From the NCBI GenBank assembly GCA_002728255.1, contig PBWV01000044.1, positions 17,927-81,926 of the forward strand: DNA of 64,000 nucleotides. Direction: 5' to 3'. Below the pieces are notes generated by a model. That model did no database searches, was not told where the DNA came from, and worked only from the letters and a program-made list of their open reading frames with translations. This DNA comes from Rhodospirillaceae bacterium (lineage in GTDB: Bacteria > Pseudomonadota > Alphaproteobacteria > UBA7887). The position numbers were made by a program, and so were the translations under genes. Shown here in pieces: positions 1-10,109 of the stretch (within the stretch, counting starts at the first letter, position 1; every line of letters begins with the position of its first letter).

Positions 1-208
1 CGTTGGTATTAAGTGGTGTTTCAGACATACCTATATTCCTTTGCCATCAATCTTACCAGAAAAACTATTGCCGAGGTCTAGTGCGACCCCAGTCTCCACG
101 TTCTAGCACCCATAATAAAGCCGAACTCTTGCTATACAATAGCTTAACAGACAATAAATCCAACAAAGGCATCCAAAAGGACCAATGAGTTGGGGAGTGC
201 GGCAGCTT

Positions 209-1702
209 CTATGAAGGAAGTGCCAATCGACTATCTAATGTTTTTCCTTCCGGGTCGGCCAAAGCAGCTTCTACGGCTCCTTTAATTGCTCGACCCCCAA
301 TCCTGGGTTCGCCAGAACCATCGAGCGCCTTGGTTAATAATTCTTCCCTAATTCTCTTATAATTTTGTACACCCCGGTGATGGGTCTCACCATAGCCCTT
401 AATCAAGCGTGCCAACTCGACCACTGACCTAGCCAAATCCACATCTATTCTGATCGCTATCCGAACATCCTCAACCCATTCATCAATTCTTTCTTGTTCT
501 TCCTCCCATCGAGATCCAATGGGCCTAAGAAATTTTAACCGGGACAAGAGCCATAACACCAAAAAACCCCAAATAGTAGAAGTCCGGAGTGAAATACCGA
601 TATTTAGCCCCCTCGCGAACCCATGTTTTTTACAACTCCTCAAAATAGGCGTAGCAATGAACTTAGGCAAAAGGGAACAAAGCTCTTCAATCCCAGGTTT
701 TAGAAATTCAGTTATTTGTACAGGAATCCCGGATGGAACCTTCAACTCAGATCTGATGTTTCGCATCCGCCCAGAAGAACTTTTTATTTGGGCTACTCTT
801 ATAACATCTTCATATGACATCCAAAGGGCCAACTCCCGCGCGAATTCAGTGGTTACAATTTTGTCCTGGGAACAATCCACTTCCAATATGCTTTCCATAC
901 GGGTAAGATATTTTTTGCAGTATTTTCTACCCTGATATTCCATTAATCTCTGTACCCCTAATGTCACGATTCCCCGCAAATCTGAGTATTCTTGGGGAAT
1001 ACTTTCCAGCCATGGCTGTATTTCTAAGGCATTCTCCTCAGAAGATTTAGTGGTCAAAATTATTGGTTCCTCACGCCTCTTGCTCAAAGCTATTCCTGCT
1101 TCAAAACCAGATAAATTGGCACTAACCGCCTTACCACCCTGTTCGATAGCCATCACAAAATTTTTCTTTTGGATCGGTAGAACTCCGGAAGCAAATAAGG
1201 CACCCAAAAGTACTGCGTTTATAGGACAACCATTGCTCTCAGCCACAGCCAGAAAATCATGTAACACGCATAGTTTAGACATTTTTTTCAAGGCGTTGCG
1301 CAATTCGACCGGATCCAAACGTCCATCACCCATGGCTGCCCTCTCACCAATTGTGAACACCCTATGGGTTGACGCTATCAAAGTTGTGCGATCAGGACTA
1401 ACGTAACCATTACGTGCCGCTCTCGCTGCTTCTAATAACTCGGTGGCAATCATCAAATCGACGTCACCAGCCCCAGGATAAAGTGAAAAAACCGGCTTCC
1501 GTCCTTCTAGATCAGCCCCAGCTATGGGACATATTTCAATATAATAGGTAGTTGCCCCAGTCCGTTGTGCTACCCCAGGAATAGAAGTGCTTTGCACCAG
1601 CAAGCCGGCGCGCTCGGTAGCTTTTACAATCCAATCAGCAAAAACGCCACCACCCTCTCCTCCCATGGCGGCGATTAGTAATGTAATAGGGCGCTCCGAC
1701 AC
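209..1702 (-). CDS. iorB: Indolepyruvate:ferredoxin oxidoreductase beta subunit (IorB). The longest ORF runs to 1870 and would overlap iorA; the likely start is the GTG at 1700-1702, just past the iorA stop.
   Basis: Translation contains LLIAAMGGEGGGVFADWIVKA and the conserved IorB/pyruvate-oxidoreductase gamma-type domain; it lies immediately downstream of iorA on the same strand. Confidence 0.8.
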   Translation of the reverse strand: MSERPITLLIAAMGGEGGGVFADWIVKATERAGLLVQSTSIPGVAQRTGATTYYIEICPIAGADLEGRKPVFSLYPGAGDVDLMIATELLEAARAARNGYVSPDRTTLIASTHRVFTIGERAAMGDGRLDPVELRNALKKMSKLCVLHDFLAVAESNGCPINAVLLGALFASGVLPIQKKNFVMAIEQGGKAVSANLSGFEAGIALSKRREEPIILTTKSSEENALEIQPWLESIPQEYSDLRGIVTLGVQRLMEYQGRKYCKKYLTRMESILEVDCSQDKIVTTEFARELALWMSYEDVIRVAQIKSSSGRMRNIRSELKVPSGIPVQITEFLKPGIEELCSLLPKFIATPILRSCKKHGFARGLNIGISLRTSTIWGFLVLWLLSRLKFLRPIGSRWEEEQERIDEWVEDVRIAIRIDVDLARSVVELARLIKGYGETHHRGVQNYKRIREELLTKALDGSGEPRIGGRAIKGAVEAALADPEGKTLDSRLALPS

Positions 1703-1707
1703 TAGGG

Positions 1708-3840
1708 CTAAACTCGCACTAAGCCTTGGAGCACTCCAATCACGAATACCCTCCAGCGATTCAACCAAAGGTCGAATTTGGTTGGATTTCGAATGGTTTC
1801 GGCTTTGTAAAAGGAGGGACATAACACAGCTGCATGCGCTACCTCTCCGCATAATCCACAGCCCAGACAACCATTATTCACGTGAGCCACGGGATCCTTT
1901 CGAAGGGGGCTAGGATTAGGCTTAATCGTGAGAGACGGGCAACCCGACATCCTTATGCATGAATGGTCTCCTGTACAAAGCTCATCGTCAATTCCATATT
2001 TAGCAGTGACAACGCGCTTGCCAGCATCCAGTTGTCTCTCGATTTCAGGTTTGATCCGCCGTTGCCGCGCTAACTGGCACTCCCCGTCCGCAATGATAAC
2101 CTTTAAGCCTTTCTTCGTTTCAGTTACCGCCCGTCGCAAGGTGCGGACCATACTAGCAACGTCATAGGTCCGAACCTTTTTCACCCACTCTATTCCTAAG
2201 CCCTTAAGCGCGCGTTGTATAGACATGCCCCTACCACGACCGAACCTACTAGTTTCGCTTGAAGGCAAAAATTGCCATCCTGTCGCCGAAGCATACCCGT
2301 TTTGCATAATAACAAGAACTGAGTCGTCTTCGTTAAAGTTCGCACTGGCCACGCCGGAGGACAGTCCATTATGCCAAAAGCCACCATCTCCCATTATACT
2401 GACAACTTTTTTACCAAAACTAGGTGCAACACCCGCTGAGCTTGCCAATCCCAACCCATAACCAACGACGGTATTTCCTATATTGAAAGGAGGCAACACA
2501 GCAAAGGTATGACAACCAATATCTGCGGCGACATGGGTGGGCCCCAATTCTTTTTCCAAAATTTTCATTGCACTGAAAACTGGCCGTTCGGGACAACCTG
2601 TACAGAAACTTGGTGGCCTTGGTGGAAGCGCCTCGCCTAATAAAGCGGTTGCTTGGTCAGTTAACTTATCGATCCTATGCGTAATCAACTCTCGTCTGGC
2701 ATCATGATCTGGGTCCGACCATGCCTCTGCCAAAAATTGCTCTATCCCGCGTTGCATAACATCAGCAGTATATTCACCACTCTTAGGCAAGATCTCTTTC
2801 CCCACAACCTTGGTACTTTGATTTGCTTGCCGGAGGGCAACATTGATAGCCTGCTCAATATACTCTGGAAAACCTTCCTCAACTACCAAGACACTTTTTT
2901 TATCCATACAAAAACTAGTTATTTCTCTGGGCACTGTAGGATAAGCCACATTCATGACATAAATAGGGACCTTTGTATTGCCATATATATCTGACAAACC
3001 GAGACGTTCTAATGAGCGCACCACACCATTATAATGACCTCCTAGGGTAATGATCCCAATATCACAGGAGTCCGGGCCAAAAGTTTCATTAAATTTGTTC
3101 TCAACTATGAATTTTTCTGCAGCAGGAAGCCGAGACTCAACCTTCTTCTTCTCTTGCAGGTAAGTGGAGGGTGGTAGACAAAATTTCTCAAAATCAAAGT
3201 TTGGTTCCTGCAATACCTGTTTTCGAGATACCAAGGGCTCCCGATTGTTCCTTGCCACAAAATTTCCTGTAACGTGGCACGCCCGTATTCTGAGCTGCAA
3301 CATAACGGGCATATTGCTAGCTTCAGATAAATCAAACCCTCTTTCCACAGACCGCACTATACTGTCCAGATCGGGGCGAGGATCCAGCAAACACATGGAC
3401 GACTTCATCGCATAGGCATGGCTCCGTTCCTGAATAATACTAGCGCCTTCGCCATAATCCTCGCCTATAACAATTAATGCCCCTCCCACAACCCCAGCTG
3501 AAGCAATGTTGGACAGCGCATCAGAGGCAACATTGGTACCCACAACAGATTTCCAGGTTACCGCACCTCGCATAGGATAATTAATTGAAGCCGCTAACAT
3601 TGCAGCGGCAGCAGCTTCCCCAGTTGGGGTTTCCAAATGCACTCCGAGCTCATCCAACAAATCACTAGCATCAACCATTACGTCCAGAAGCTGGGATATC
3701 GGTGAACCTTGATACCCACCAATATAACTGACTCCCGATTGAAGGAGAGCCTTGGTAACTGCTAGGATGCCTTCACCAGAGAAAGTCTCTCCAGCACCTA
3801 AGCGAAGCTGCTCTACTTCTTTTTTGAATGATCGTTCCAT
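1708..3840 (-). CDS. iorA: Indolepyruvate:ferredoxin oxidoreductase alpha subunit (TPP-dependent, two 4Fe-4S clusters).
   Basis: 710 aa with TPP-binding GDGGFWHNG and a ferredoxin-type CTGCGLCGEVAHAAVLCP motif. Confidence 0.85.
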   Translation of the reverse strand: MERSFKKEVEQLRLGAGETFSGEGILAVTKALLQSGVSYIGGYQGSPISQLLDVMVDASDLLDELGVHLETPTGEAAAAAMLAASINYPMRGAVTWKSVVGTNVASDALSNIASAGVVGGALIVIGEDYGEGASIIQERSHAYAMKSSMCLLDPRPDLDSIVRSVERGFDLSEASNMPVMLQLRIRACHVTGNFVARNNREPLVSRKQVLQEPNFDFEKFCLPPSTYLQEKKKVESRLPAAEKFIVENKFNETFGPDSCDIGIITLGGHYNGVVRSLERLGLSDIYGNTKVPIYVMNVAYPTVPREITSFCMDKKSVLVVEEGFPEYIEQAINVALRQANQSTKVVGKEILPKSGEYTADVMQRGIEQFLAEAWSDPDHDARRELITHRIDKLTDQATALLGEALPPRPPSFCTGCPERPVFSAMKILEKELGPTHVAADIGCHTFAVLPPFNIGNTVVGYGLGLASSAGVAPSFGKKVVSIMGDGGFWHNGLSSGVASANFNEDDSVLVIMQNGYASATGWQFLPSSETSRFGRGRGMSIQRALKGLGIEWVKKVRTYDVASMVRTLRRAVTETKKGLKVIIADGECQLARQRRIKPEIERQLDAGKRVVTAKYGIDDELCTGDHSCIRMSGCPSLTIKPNPSPLRKDPVAHVNNGCLGCGLCGEVAHAAVLCPSFYKAETIRNPTKFDLWLNRWRVFVIGVLQGLVRV

Positions 3841-3861
3841 ATGTCACCTAGCGAAATGGAG

Positions 3862-4311
3862 TTAATCCGGCTTTTGTATAAATTCAATAGTTATGCCGTC
3901 AGGATCCCGGGTATATACAGCTTTACCCCCTTTATTAGGGCCAGCATTCACTACTACGGGTTCACTTAGCGGCTCCGCAACCTGACGCACAGACGCCACC
4001 ACGGAGTCTATATCATCCACATCAAAGGCTACATGGGCAAAACCAGAGTCACAAGGCCTCGCATCCAACTTTCGCCTATCTTCCGGAGAATGGTACTGTA
4101 TCAGTTCCAGTTTGTGATTAGGAGCTTGTATATAGGCCACTTCAATTTCAGCCCCTGGAATACCCACCACCTTTTCTGTAAAACCAGGGTCTCTGAAAGA
4201 CCTGTTGAGAAGCGGAAATCCTAGGGTTTGGGTATAAAATGCTATCGAAGTATCCAGATTAGAAACCGTGAAACTTGTATGATTTGTGCCAATAATATTA
4301 AACTTCGCCAT
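3862..4311 (-). CDS. VOC (glyoxalase/bleomycin-resistance/dioxygenase) family protein.
   Basis: MAKFNIIGTNHTSFTVSNLDTSIAFYTQTLGF is a typical VOC N-terminal beta-alpha-beta-beta-beta module. Start set at the internal Met preceding this motif. Confidence 0.6.
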   Translation of the reverse strand: MAKFNIIGTNHTSFTVSNLDTSIAFYTQTLGFPLLNRSFRDPGFTEKVVGIPGAEIEVAYIQAPNHKLELIQYHSPEDRRKLDARPCDSGFAHVAFDVDDIDSVVASVRQVAEPLSEPVVVNAGPNKGGKAVYTRDPDGITIEFIQKPD

Positions 4312-4447
4312 TCTTTCCCCGTATCCTTCAACAACAGAGCTAGCCCGCACGATTTATGGTATACGACCAAACTGCTAAACACCAGTTTCTTGATCCCACC
4401 ATCATTTTTCTGGCACAATACACTAAATTTAACCAGCAAGGTGCCTC

Positions 4448-5329
4448 ATGACTATAGAGATAAAGCGCTTACATCCTCATTTTTTTGCCGAAGTTTCGGG
4501 GGTCGATTTAACAAAAAAATTAAGCGCTCAAATACTTGCAAGGATCCAAGAGGCCTTTGCTCAGCATGCTGTCCTCCTTTTCCGAAATCAGGCGTTCGAC
4601 GATTTATCACAAATTTCTTTTACGTCGCAGATAGGACCATTGGAACGAAATATAGGTGGGAAATTTGGAAATGGACATCCCGAAATATCCAAACTTTCTA
4701 ATGTTGGTTCGGATGGGAAGACGTTTGAGAAAGGAAGTGATGGGGCAGAATTTCTGAATGGAAACAGCACCTGGCATACCGATAGCTCATTTAAGGTTGT
4801 TCCAGCGCTGGGTTCAGCTTTATCCGCGAGGGCGGTACCTCCAAAGGGCGGCGAAACACAATATTGCGACATGAGAGCGGCCTACGACGTACTAGACGAA
4901 GAAACGAAAACTCTTATAGAAAAATCAACTGCGGTACACAGCTACCTGTATTCAAGCGGGAAGATAAGTGCTAACATTCTAACCGACCAAGAAAAAGAAG
5001 AACTTCCCCCCGTACAACACCCCATGGTACGGGTACATCCACAAACAACACGGAGAGCTATTTATGCCGGAAGGCACGCATCACACATCCTTGGTATGCC
5101 GGAGGAAGAAGGGCGATCTCTAATCGCTAAACTTAATGACTTCGCCACGCAGCCTGAATTTGTTCATACTCATAAATGGCAGGTGAATGACTTGGTAATG
5201 TGGGATAATCGTATGGTCATGCATAGGGGGCGCCCGTATGAAGCAAGGTATAAACGTGTAATGCACAGGACAACGATTGCTGGCGACTCCCCTGGTAACC
5301 CCTGGGTTGTGCAGGATAAAGTCGCCTAA
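4448..5329 (+). CDS. TauD/TfdA family Fe(II)/2-oxoglutarate-dependent dioxygenase (taurine/sulfonate dioxygenase-like).
   Basis: 293 aa with a WHTDSSF iron-binding motif and overall TauD-like length and layout. Confidence 0.7.
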   Translation: MTIEIKRLHPHFFAEVSGVDLTKKLSAQILARIQEAFAQHAVLLFRNQAFDDLSQISFTSQIGPLERNIGGKFGNGHPEISKLSNVGSDGKTFEKGSDGAEFLNGNSTWHTDSSFKVVPALGSALSARAVPPKGGETQYCDMRAAYDVLDEETKTLIEKSTAVHSYLYSSGKISANILTDQEKEELPPVQHPMVRVHPQTTRRAIYAGRHASHILGMPEEEGRSLIAKLNDFATQPEFVHTHKWQVNDLVMWDNRMVMHRGRPYEARYKRVMHRTTIAGDSPGNPWVVQDKVA

Positions 5330-5441
5330 ATACGAAAGCCAGAGTGGAGAAGGAACATTCCAACACTCTACTTACACTGGAGGCATACATAAAGGCTGGA
5401 CTATTTAATAAGATATTTTAATAACTGAACATGGTGCCATA

Positions 5442-6497
5442 ATGAACAACCCACAAGGCCATACTTCCCTAGCGCCTGCAGAGACCCGGCAAGCCTATAG
5501 AACTATCTCTCGGCGTCGAGCCATAACCCTATTTGGATGTGCAGCAGGCCTACCGACCCTGGGGTTAGGCACGGCTTTTGCTGGCTCTAAAGACATATCT
5601 CTGTACAAGTGGGAAGGTTCTGCGTTGGGCGCACAGGCACAACTGACCCTAGCTCATCACAACCCCGAAGAAGCCAAGAACATAATATCTTCCGTAATCC
5701 AGGAAATCGAACGCCTCGAACAAATTTTCAGCCTACATCGACCCGAGAGCGAACTAACACTCTTGAACAGCCAGGGGTATATTTCAAATCCATCTGCTGA
5801 TCTCACAAAACTCTGTAAAACTTCCATTGGATTTGGATACGACACAGATGGCGCTTTTGATATTACGGTTCAACCTCTTTGGAAGGTCTTTACAAAGCAC
5901 TTCCAAGAAAATTCTGCAGCTTCTGAAGGTCCCCCGAGCCAGGAAATACTTAAGGCTCTAAATTACGTTGACTATCGTGCCGTAGATGTTTCAAGCCAAA
6001 AGATAAATTTTGGTCGCCCGGGGATGGAAGTAACGTTAAATGGTATAGCACAAGGATACATTACCGACACCGTTACCGAATTACTGCAGCAGAGCGGGAT
6101 CACTCAAGTATTGGTCGAACTAGGAGAGACAAGGACATTGGGAGAACACCCGGAAGGACGCCCCTGGAGAATTGGCCTAGCTGACCCCAAAGACCGCACT
6201 AAGACTACTGAAACCGTCGAATTGGAAAATAAAGCCGTCGCGACATCATCTGGCTTCGGAACAAAATTTAACCGTGATGGAAGCTTTCATCATCTATTTG
6301 ATCCCCGCACAGGCCTGCCTAGGAATCACAATATCTCTGTTTCAGTGGTTTCTGATAGCGCAGCGGTAGCTGACGCCATGTCGACGGCGCTCTTTATAGC
6401 CACACCTGATAATGCTCGCCCAATAGTTGAACGGGTGGGAGGCATGACGGCTGTAATTAGCGCAACGGATGGCACTAAACGAAGAATAGTCAGTTAA
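5442..6497 (+). CDS. apbE: FAD:protein FMN transferase (ApbE family), Tat-exported.
   Basis: Twin-arginine signal (SRRRAITLFGCAAGLPTLG) followed by the ApbE signature region LNGIAQGYITD. Confidence 0.8.
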   Translation: MNNPQGHTSLAPAETRQAYRTISRRRAITLFGCAAGLPTLGLGTAFAGSKDISLYKWEGSALGAQAQLTLAHHNPEEAKNIISSVIQEIERLEQIFSLHRPESELTLLNSQGYISNPSADLTKLCKTSIGFGYDTDGAFDITVQPLWKVFTKHFQENSAASEGPPSQEILKALNYVDYRAVDVSSQKINFGRPGMEVTLNGIAQGYITDTVTELLQQSGITQVLVELGETRTLGEHPEGRPWRIGLADPKDRTKTTETVELENKAVATSSGFGTKFNRDGSFHHLFDPRTGLPRNHNISVSVVSDSAAVADAMSTALFIATPDNARPIVERVGGMTAVISATDGTKRRIVS

Positions 6498-6616
6498 ACT
6501 AAGAAAACCTATTAGCTACTGGTAGGTAGTTTAGCGAGGGAAGAGACCACTGTGGGTTCCACGAAAATCTTGCCCATGGCACTCTCTAACATCTCGCCTT
6601 GCTCTAAATAAACTAG

Positions 6617-7984
6617 CTAGGACCTTCGCACCAGACCATAGCGCCTGTTTGTAGGGCCTTCCCCAAATTCCCGATGATTACGTACTAGTTCAGACATTTT
6701 ATCTACTTCGAAATCTTTCTGGATCATTGTTACATCGACATCGTAGATACGTGCCGCGTTAATACCGAAGATAGCCTGCTTCGTATTACTATTTGGCCCC
6801 CCCAATTCTGGAAGACTATATTTCTCTCGCATGTCCTCGGGTATCTCAAGACGCCTCATGGCCTCAATTTGCCACTGGGGTGACCCGTACCAAACCGAAT
6901 CCGTCCCCCACAACACATGGTCCGGCCCCAATCCGGCTACTAAAGTGCCGATAAATGCAGCAGAAAATTTAGGGTGCGCAATGGCTGAGTTAGCAAAGGA
7001 AGTACCAAGCTCGCCGTAAACATTGCCTGTTCCGGCGGCCTCTGCCGCTTCGCACAGATCCGTGACCCATTTTATACGACCAGTCCGTTCAAACTCTGAC
7101 CACGCTTGATCTGGTAGTTCAAGAAACGGACGCAACGCCGAATGATAGAAAATAAAGTTCATATCTGGCCAATCCCGCGCCGCCTTCTCCACATCCCAAG
7201 CTGTTGCGTACCGCCATAGACCGCGGAATGATTGTTCATAGTCTGGTGGCATTAAGCCTTTATGAACACATATCGTGTTTATTCCAGCCGCTAGAGATTT
7301 CTCGTAAAACGGGTACATAAGTTTCTCGTCATCCAAACGCCAGGGCCATTTCGAGGGACCAGAAGGATCCCCTATGGTATAGGTTTTCCACGACACTAAA
7401 TCTGGGTTGCCATGGCTTATAGCTTCATCCACGGTATCCAGCCAGCCTGGCTGGCCTGGGGTAATAACCGCATGTCCACGTAGCCGGACACTACCAGACA
7501 AGTTATTCACCATGCTGCACGCATCCATTATCTGTTCATTAGAGAGTAAATACCACTCCGGATCATCAAAAGGCGCCCCAGACAGCAATGCCATCTTAGT
7601 GTCACTGTTAAACCATAGTTCACGAACATAATTATCGAATTTGTAATCTTTGAGCTTAACGGGATCCTGTTTTGGGTTTAGACTCCAATGTTGCGAAGAA
7701 TAATTCCCTAAGCGAGTGATCTCTTCATGTGGAAAATCATCTCTCACAAAGTGGGTTTGTGCGTCAAAAATAAATTGACTCGCCAACTTGTCAGCGCGAT
7801 CTTTCGTTAATCTTGGATCTCTCGCCTCAGTAGCATCGACCTGAAATATCTCCGCCCCGTAAACCTCGTTCATGGCAAGGAAAGCAGCCGCTAAACCGCA
7901 ATTGGTCAATAAATATTGCCTTCGAGTTAAGCCTAAGCTTTTACTATTTAGGTCCGCCAACTCGGCGACCCGTCCCTCAACCAT
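6617..7984 (-). CDS. Amidohydrolase-2 family metal-dependent hydrolase with a Tat signal. The longest ORF extends to 8119.
   Basis: TRRQYLLTNCGLAAAFLAM Tat motif; C-terminal WGTDSVWYG resembles the amidohydrolase-2 aspartate strand. Confidence 0.55.
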   Translation of the reverse strand: MVEGRVAELADLNSKSLGLTRRQYLLTNCGLAAAFLAMNEVYGAEIFQVDATEARDPRLTKDRADKLASQFIFDAQTHFVRDDFPHEEITRLGNYSSQHWSLNPKQDPVKLKDYKFDNYVRELWFNSDTKMALLSGAPFDDPEWYLLSNEQIMDACSMVNNLSGSVRLRGHAVITPGQPGWLDTVDEAISHGNPDLVSWKTYTIGDPSGPSKWPWRLDDEKLMYPFYEKSLAAGINTICVHKGLMPPDYEQSFRGLWRYATAWDVEKAARDWPDMNFIFYHSALRPFLELPDQAWSEFERTGRIKWVTDLCEAAEAAGTGNVYGELGTSFANSAIAHPKFSAAFIGTLVAGLGPDHVLWGTDSVWYGSPQWQIEAMRRLEIPEDMREKYSLPELGGPNSNTKQAIFGINAARIYDVDVTMIQKDFEVDKMSELVRNHREFGEGPTNRRYGLVRRS

Positions 7985-8441
7985 CTTTTGTTTGGGACTC
8001 TGCGCAGGAGGCAAATACTCCCCATTAGATACAATCTGGGTAGGCAGGGGATACGGAGAGTCTGATACTTCCGCACCTTCTACTAATCGTTCCTCGCGCT
8101 CGCTAAGCCACCTTGGCATGTTAACAACCCCTAGTGCATTATCAGAAAAAGTACTGTCCTAAATCATTGCTAGAAGGTTGAGAACCCAATAAATTTTTAC
8201 ACCTTGCATTATCACCAATTCTCAGTCACCTGTTATCGACTTTACGATTCTAGCGTTTCTCTATTCGCAAAATAAAAATCACTAAAATAGTCTTCTCAAA
8301 TTCATATAGTTACCTTGACTGCCTTTTGATAAGCTAGGATGTTGGCGTGAAAGTTTGGCATGGGGGCAATTATTAAGTATGAGTCCGCCTTGATAGCCTA
8401 GATAGCCCGTTCTGTAATCAAGAAAAATGGATTAGTAAATA

Positions 8442-9359
8442 ATGGGAATTAAAAAACTGCTTTCGATATTTTTATTTTTTATGGCTTTTGCTAGCCACGT
8501 TCATCCTGCAGAAAATTATTCTCTTGTAGATGTTCAATGGCTGAAGCCATTAGTCTGTGAGCCCAACGTGACAATTCTCGATGTACGAAGGTCAGCAGAA
8601 GACTATAAAGCCGGCCACATCCCCTGTGCAGTTCACACCAATTATTACAAGGATGGATGGAGAACACGAAAAGACGGGGTGCCACACATGATGCCCACAG
8701 TACCGCATCTCGAGGCTCTCATGGGAAAATTGGGGATCACCAATGACAGTCACGTGGTCATTTATGGATCAGGAACGGGTGAATTTGATATCGCCGAGAC
8801 TACTAGTATTTACCTAACTCTAAAATATCTAGGCCATGATAACGTTTCAATCCTCGATGGCGGTTTACCAGTTTGGATGGATGAATGGTCAACTGACTTT
8901 GATGTAGGGGTAACTGAAATCAGCCCCTCCGAATATACAGCCAAACCAAATTCCCATCTGCTGATATCCTCGGAGCAAGTCCAGAATTCCATAGATGGGA
9001 AAACTCCCCTTGTTGATATCCGTAGCAACGATATGTTTCTCGGAATTAATAAGGCATGGATGTTAAAAAGGCCAGGAACCATACCAGGTGCCTTAAACCT
9101 TCCCATGAGCTGGTTCACCATTAATTCCAGCCTATTGTTCCGCGACACCAAAAAATTAAAAAAATTGTTTTCTGCAGCCAATGTGCCGTTAACTGGCAAA
9201 ACTATCTTCTTCTGCAATGCTGGCCTCGAAAGTTCCGTAGGTTGGTTTGTAGCACATGAGCTTCTCAATAACACAGAGGCAGTGTTGTATGATGGTTCAC
9301 TCGCTGAATGGACTAAAAACCATGAACTTCCCATGACTAGGCATATTCAGCTTGACTGA
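8442..9359 (+). CDS. Periplasmic tandem-rhodanese sulfurtransferase (thiosulfate / 3-mercaptopyruvate sulfurtransferase-like).
   Basis: N-terminal signal peptide; two rhodanese modules; catalytic CNAGLES loop. Confidence 0.7.
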   Translation: MGIKKLLSIFLFFMAFASHVHPAENYSLVDVQWLKPLVCEPNVTILDVRRSAEDYKAGHIPCAVHTNYYKDGWRTRKDGVPHMMPTVPHLEALMGKLGITNDSHVVIYGSGTGEFDIAETTSIYLTLKYLGHDNVSILDGGLPVWMDEWSTDFDVGVTEISPSEYTAKPNSHLLISSEQVQNSIDGKTPLVDIRSNDMFLGINKAWMLKRPGTIPGALNLPMSWFTINSSLLFRDTKKLKKLFSAANVPLTGKTIFFCNAGLESSVGWFVAHELLNNTEAVLYDGSLAEWTKNHELPMTRHIQLD

Positions 9360-9511
9360 ACCTGTCGTTCCGCCATCAATTTACAGCTGGCACGTAAATT
9401 TTTTGATCAACGATTGTTAACCATTTGAAGAGAGGTGTTTTGTTTGGACCTAAACAAAGGAATCTCATACTCCTTCCAAGGCACCTGCAACCAAAAATAT
9501 TTCCTTCCACT

Positions 9512-9539
9512 CCTTGATTGCAAAAGAAAAGTCCCCATA
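9512..9539 (+). promoter_or_regulatory. Sigma-32 (RpoH) heat-shock promoter: CTTGAT, a 14-nt spacer, then CCCCATAT.
   Basis: Match to the alphaproteobacterial/E. coli RpoH consensus TTGAAA-N13-15-CCCCATNT, located about 100 nt upstream of hsp20. Confidence 0.6.
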
Positions 9540-9545
9540 TCATCT

Positions 9546-9642
9546 AATGTAGGTAATGCCGCGACAGGGTTCCTACAAGAAACCGGCCGCGCTTTGCGGG
9601 CCATACCTTAAATCGTGTTGCTCAATGGAGGATATGATAATG
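9546..9642 (+). ncRNA. ROSE-like RNA-thermometer 5'UTR of hsp20.
   Basis: A UUGCU motif positioned to pair against the GGAGGA Shine-Dalgarno sequence (UUGCUCAAUGGAGGA, with a possible G-G opposition) directly 5' of the hsp20 start codon. It lies downstream of the sigma-32 promoter. Confidence 0.45.
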
Positions 9643-10089
9643 CACACTTTCGATCTCTCACCACTTTTCAGAACATCCGTTGGATTTGATCGCCTAAACC
9701 ACCTTTTCGATGCTGCACTTCGTGTTGACGAGGACGCGTCCTTCCCACCATATAATATAGAGAAATTGGATGAAGAAAGTTACCGAATCTCAATCGCCAT
9801 AGCTGGATATGGCGAGGATGACGTCGAAGTACTTGTGAAGGAAAATTCTCTCTCTGTAAGCGGTAAAATAGGGAAAGAGAAACAGGGACCCTCCTACCTT
9901 TACAGGGGCATTGCGGGACGATCGTTTGTTCGTCGTTTCCAGTTAGCTGATCACATAAAAGTGACCAATGCGGACTTAAACAACGGCCTCTTGAATATTG
10001 ATCTGGTCAGGGAGTTACCAGAAGAAATGAGGCCAAAGCGCATCGCGATAAACACTAGCAAGACCCTAGGCTCAAGAAAGGCTGCTTAG
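9640..10089 (+). CDS. Hsp20/alpha-crystallin small heat-shock protein (IbpA-like).
   Basis: MHTFDLSPLFRTSVGFDRL... N-terminus typical of IbpA. Start chosen 7 nt downstream of GGAGGA. Confidence 0.85.
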   Translation: MHTFDLSPLFRTSVGFDRLNHLFDAALRVDEDASFPPYNIEKLDEESYRISIAIAGYGEDDVEVLVKENSLSVSGKIGKEKQGPSYLYRGIAGRSFVRRFQLADHIKVTNADLNNGLLNIDLVRELPEEMRPKRIAINTSKTLGSRKAA

Positions 10090-10109
10090 CAACTCAAAAT
10101 CATGATGAA

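Noticed and set aside
3-188. 61-aa plus-strand ORF at the window start, plus many 60-160 aa ORFs antisense to or nested in long genes (for example 519-935, 1050-1406, 17553-17763, 20270-20749, 39660-40100, 62087-62434).
   Set aside because: They lie entirely within or antisense to well-supported conserved genes, have low-complexity or Pro/Arg/Ser-rich translations, and carry no recognisable motifs. They are treated as frame noise.
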